64,000 bases of DNA from Octopus sinensis (taxonomy: Eukaryota). The notes below the pieces were generated by a model. The model did no database searches. It was not told where the DNA came from and saw only the letters and a list, made by a program, of their open reading frames with translations. The DNA is taken from assembly GCF_006345805.1 (NCBI RefSeq), contig NC_042997.1, forward strand, positions 162,936,001 to 163,000,000, given 5' to 3'. A program made the translations under genes and the position numbers. This document shows, in pieces, positions 61,640 through 64,000 of the stretch. Positions within the stretch are counted from its first letter, which is position 1. Every line of letters begins with the position of its first letter.

Positions 61640-62070
61640 GTTTCAGCCCAAAAGCGGTGGCCTTGCTGGGGTACCACCAATATTATAACCACCTTGTCAG
61701 TGGCCATTATTTTGCAGTTGGTTTTTGTTGAAAGAGGGAGTTCAATATTGCTGCCCTCTTTCGAGTTTCTTGCCATGAATTAGATTCATCTGGGACTTTG
61801 GACAGCAGCAGGTCGAGTTATTTCTTGAAAACATCTACCCCTACTCCATGTAGACCTCTCAAATGTTTTAGCGAGATATTAAATAGCTGTGGGCCTTTGA
61901 ATTTCAAGCTACTGCAGCAAATGGTTCTCATTCTATATGGGATTGGTGGGAATTTGGAACATTGCAGTGATGTCTACTTCAGAGAATTGTATAACTCTTA
62001 ATGCCAAAGTTTGGTACCAACCCCTCTGCATATCTTCCATTTTTGCTCCAGTCTCTCTCAGTAGCTGTTC
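61640..62070 (-). mobile_element. CR1/L2-type LINE 3' end
   Basis: Minus strand: SLKFKGPQLFNI...LRGLHGVGVDVFKK*LDLLLSKVPDE, plus the GGTGGTACCCCAGCAAGGCCACCGC tail. Confidence 0.8.
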
Positions 62071-62080
62071 TATTGATGCA

Positions 62081-62113
<33 letters not shown>

Positions 62114-64000
62114 GCTATAGTTGAAGGACACTTGCTGAACATGCTGTACAATGGGACTGAACCTAGGAGAGAAGTAAGGTGAACCTGGTTGAGAAGTAAG
62201 CTTCTTACCCATGTTTTGTAAATACACAAACTGCTGAGCTTTTGTGTGTGTGTGTGTGTGTGTACACAAATACATAAACATTTTTCTTCGTGTTTATGAA
62301 TGTTCATACAAGTATAATATATAGTCTGCATGTGTTTACAAGTGTGTGCATGTATTTATGTTTATGCACATGCATTTTCAAGTACATATTTGCATCTGTT
62401 TGTGCATGTGGGTATGTCTATGTACTTGTGTGTGTGTGTGAGTGAGTAAAACTAAAACAAGAAATAGGAAAGATGTTCCTTCTTATATATATATATATAT
62501 ACTCCAGACTTTTCAAAAGTGACCTACATGCACGTGCACACACATCTGTGCGTGCCTACAAAGAACAGTTAATAACATGTGATCCCTGAGTGATTTACCA
62601 CCAAATTAAATATCACCAGAACATTTCTGAAGCCTAATCAGTTAAGAGAGATCTGTACGAACGTCATAGATAACAATTTGTTCTAAAACCTCAAAAATCT
62701 TACTTCAAAGTCTGATAAGAACTGAAGTATATCTTCAAAACTCAACTGATTACGTCAAAGCAAGATATCTAGCATTTAGTAGGTAAATTGCAGATGTATT
62801 AACATAAGGCTCCGACAGAAATGAAGTCTGCATCACGAATGCCCCTATTTTACCTACATTTTTATCTAGTTCAAACCATTGATATATATTTTGTCTTTTA
62901 TAAAATCATTACCACCTGCTTACTACTAGATTCTGTCAAGGGGTTATATTATACGTGATAGGGTGTGTGAAGACGTCAGAAGCACTAGAAATAGCAAGAA
63001 ATTGTAGCTAATTATCCTTCACTCATACACCATCATCTTAAAGAGGACATTTAGGTAAATATATCTATAGATATACAATGGTTGAGTGTGAGTGGGGAGA
63101 GGAGAATGAAAGCTTATAAACATAGATTTACTGAATCAGGCAGGGGTCAACAACAGATTGTGCATGTGTGTCTTACACACACACACAAGTTTTGGTAGAT
63201 AGGAAAAAAAAAAACGAAACTTACTCTTTCAAGCATTAAGAGATGAAGCTAAATTATAATTAATTATAGTTAGCATTTCCTTATTCTTTAATATCCAATA
63301 ATTTCCAAAACAGGAGCTGTTGAGCTTCAAGTCACCCCTTATCAAGCAGTGATCATACCATCTTTTATTGAAACAGGCTAGCTAAGGCAGTAGTGTATAA
63401 TTTGAGAGAATTTGGCTTCTATTTCTAGAAGGCCAGATGTTACATTGAGGTGGGATTTTTGTCAGGAATTCCTTTCAGCTGTAACATCATGGATATTACA
63501 CTGGCTCAAAGATGGAATGAATGATTGATAGGATGCCTGTCTGTTTGTAATAACTAAAATAATAAGCAAAAGGCTGGTGCATGCCACCAAGCTACACTCA
63601 CTTGCAAGTGATTGTGTGCATGTGTGTTATTGAAAATATAATTCCTTACCATTTTCTGATGAACGTGAAAGCAATAAAACAAAATTCTATTGCTTTTAAC
63701 ACAATACAAAGTTGCTGACATCCATACCACATGTATGTAGTTAGCCCGCAAAGTATATAGCTAAACATTAAAATTAGTTAGGAGTGATTTGCTTTTCCAT
63801 AACAATCATAGTAAACATCAACTACAAATGCAATCAGTTAACAGACAACATACAAACATCCATACGAAACATGTTAATGTATTTCATATAAACATGTAAC
63901 ATATCCATTACACAGCAAACACTTGCCATCACTTAATGATCCCCACAAACTATATAAATTTGAACCAACAGATGCCACTTAACTATGTAATATGAAAATT

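Noticed and set aside
62704-62745. Exon-like LSFEDILQFLSDFE with a GTAAGA donor
   Set aside because: Phase 0 does not fit the phase-1 intron, the acceptor is weak, and there is no RalGPS similarity.

Overview
AT-rich, repeat-dense eukaryotic DNA. The tRNA-derived SINE families, TA/CA/ATT microsatellites and the gene suggest an octopus (coleoid cephalopod) genome; this is an inference. One protein-coding gene is supported: a RalGPS-type Ral guanine-nucleotide exchange factor on the minus strand. I assembled nine phase-compatible GT-AG exons from 52571 down to the stop at 32373. They encode the end of the CDC25/RasGEF domain, a Pro/Ser linker and a C-terminal PH domain. No further N-terminal exon was recognised, so the gene probably continues beyond 64000. 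The rest is mobile DNA: CR1/L2-type LINE pieces, a Dong/R4 3' end, three SINE families, Helitron-type elements, an internally deleted Tc1 and mariner, MITEs and Penelope-like remnants. The best leads are: (1) several Penelope-type hammerhead ribozyme motifs, including inverted pairs and copies on the RalGPS sense strand; (2) a SINE-derived 184-bp tandem array with an ABC-ABC higher-order structure and a hint of a GGTATTT insertion preference; (3) frame-preserving microexon candidates in RalGPS; (4) an unexplained repeat-poor, gene-like region at about 23.8-31.4 kb. All translations and alignments were done by eye and no database was searched.
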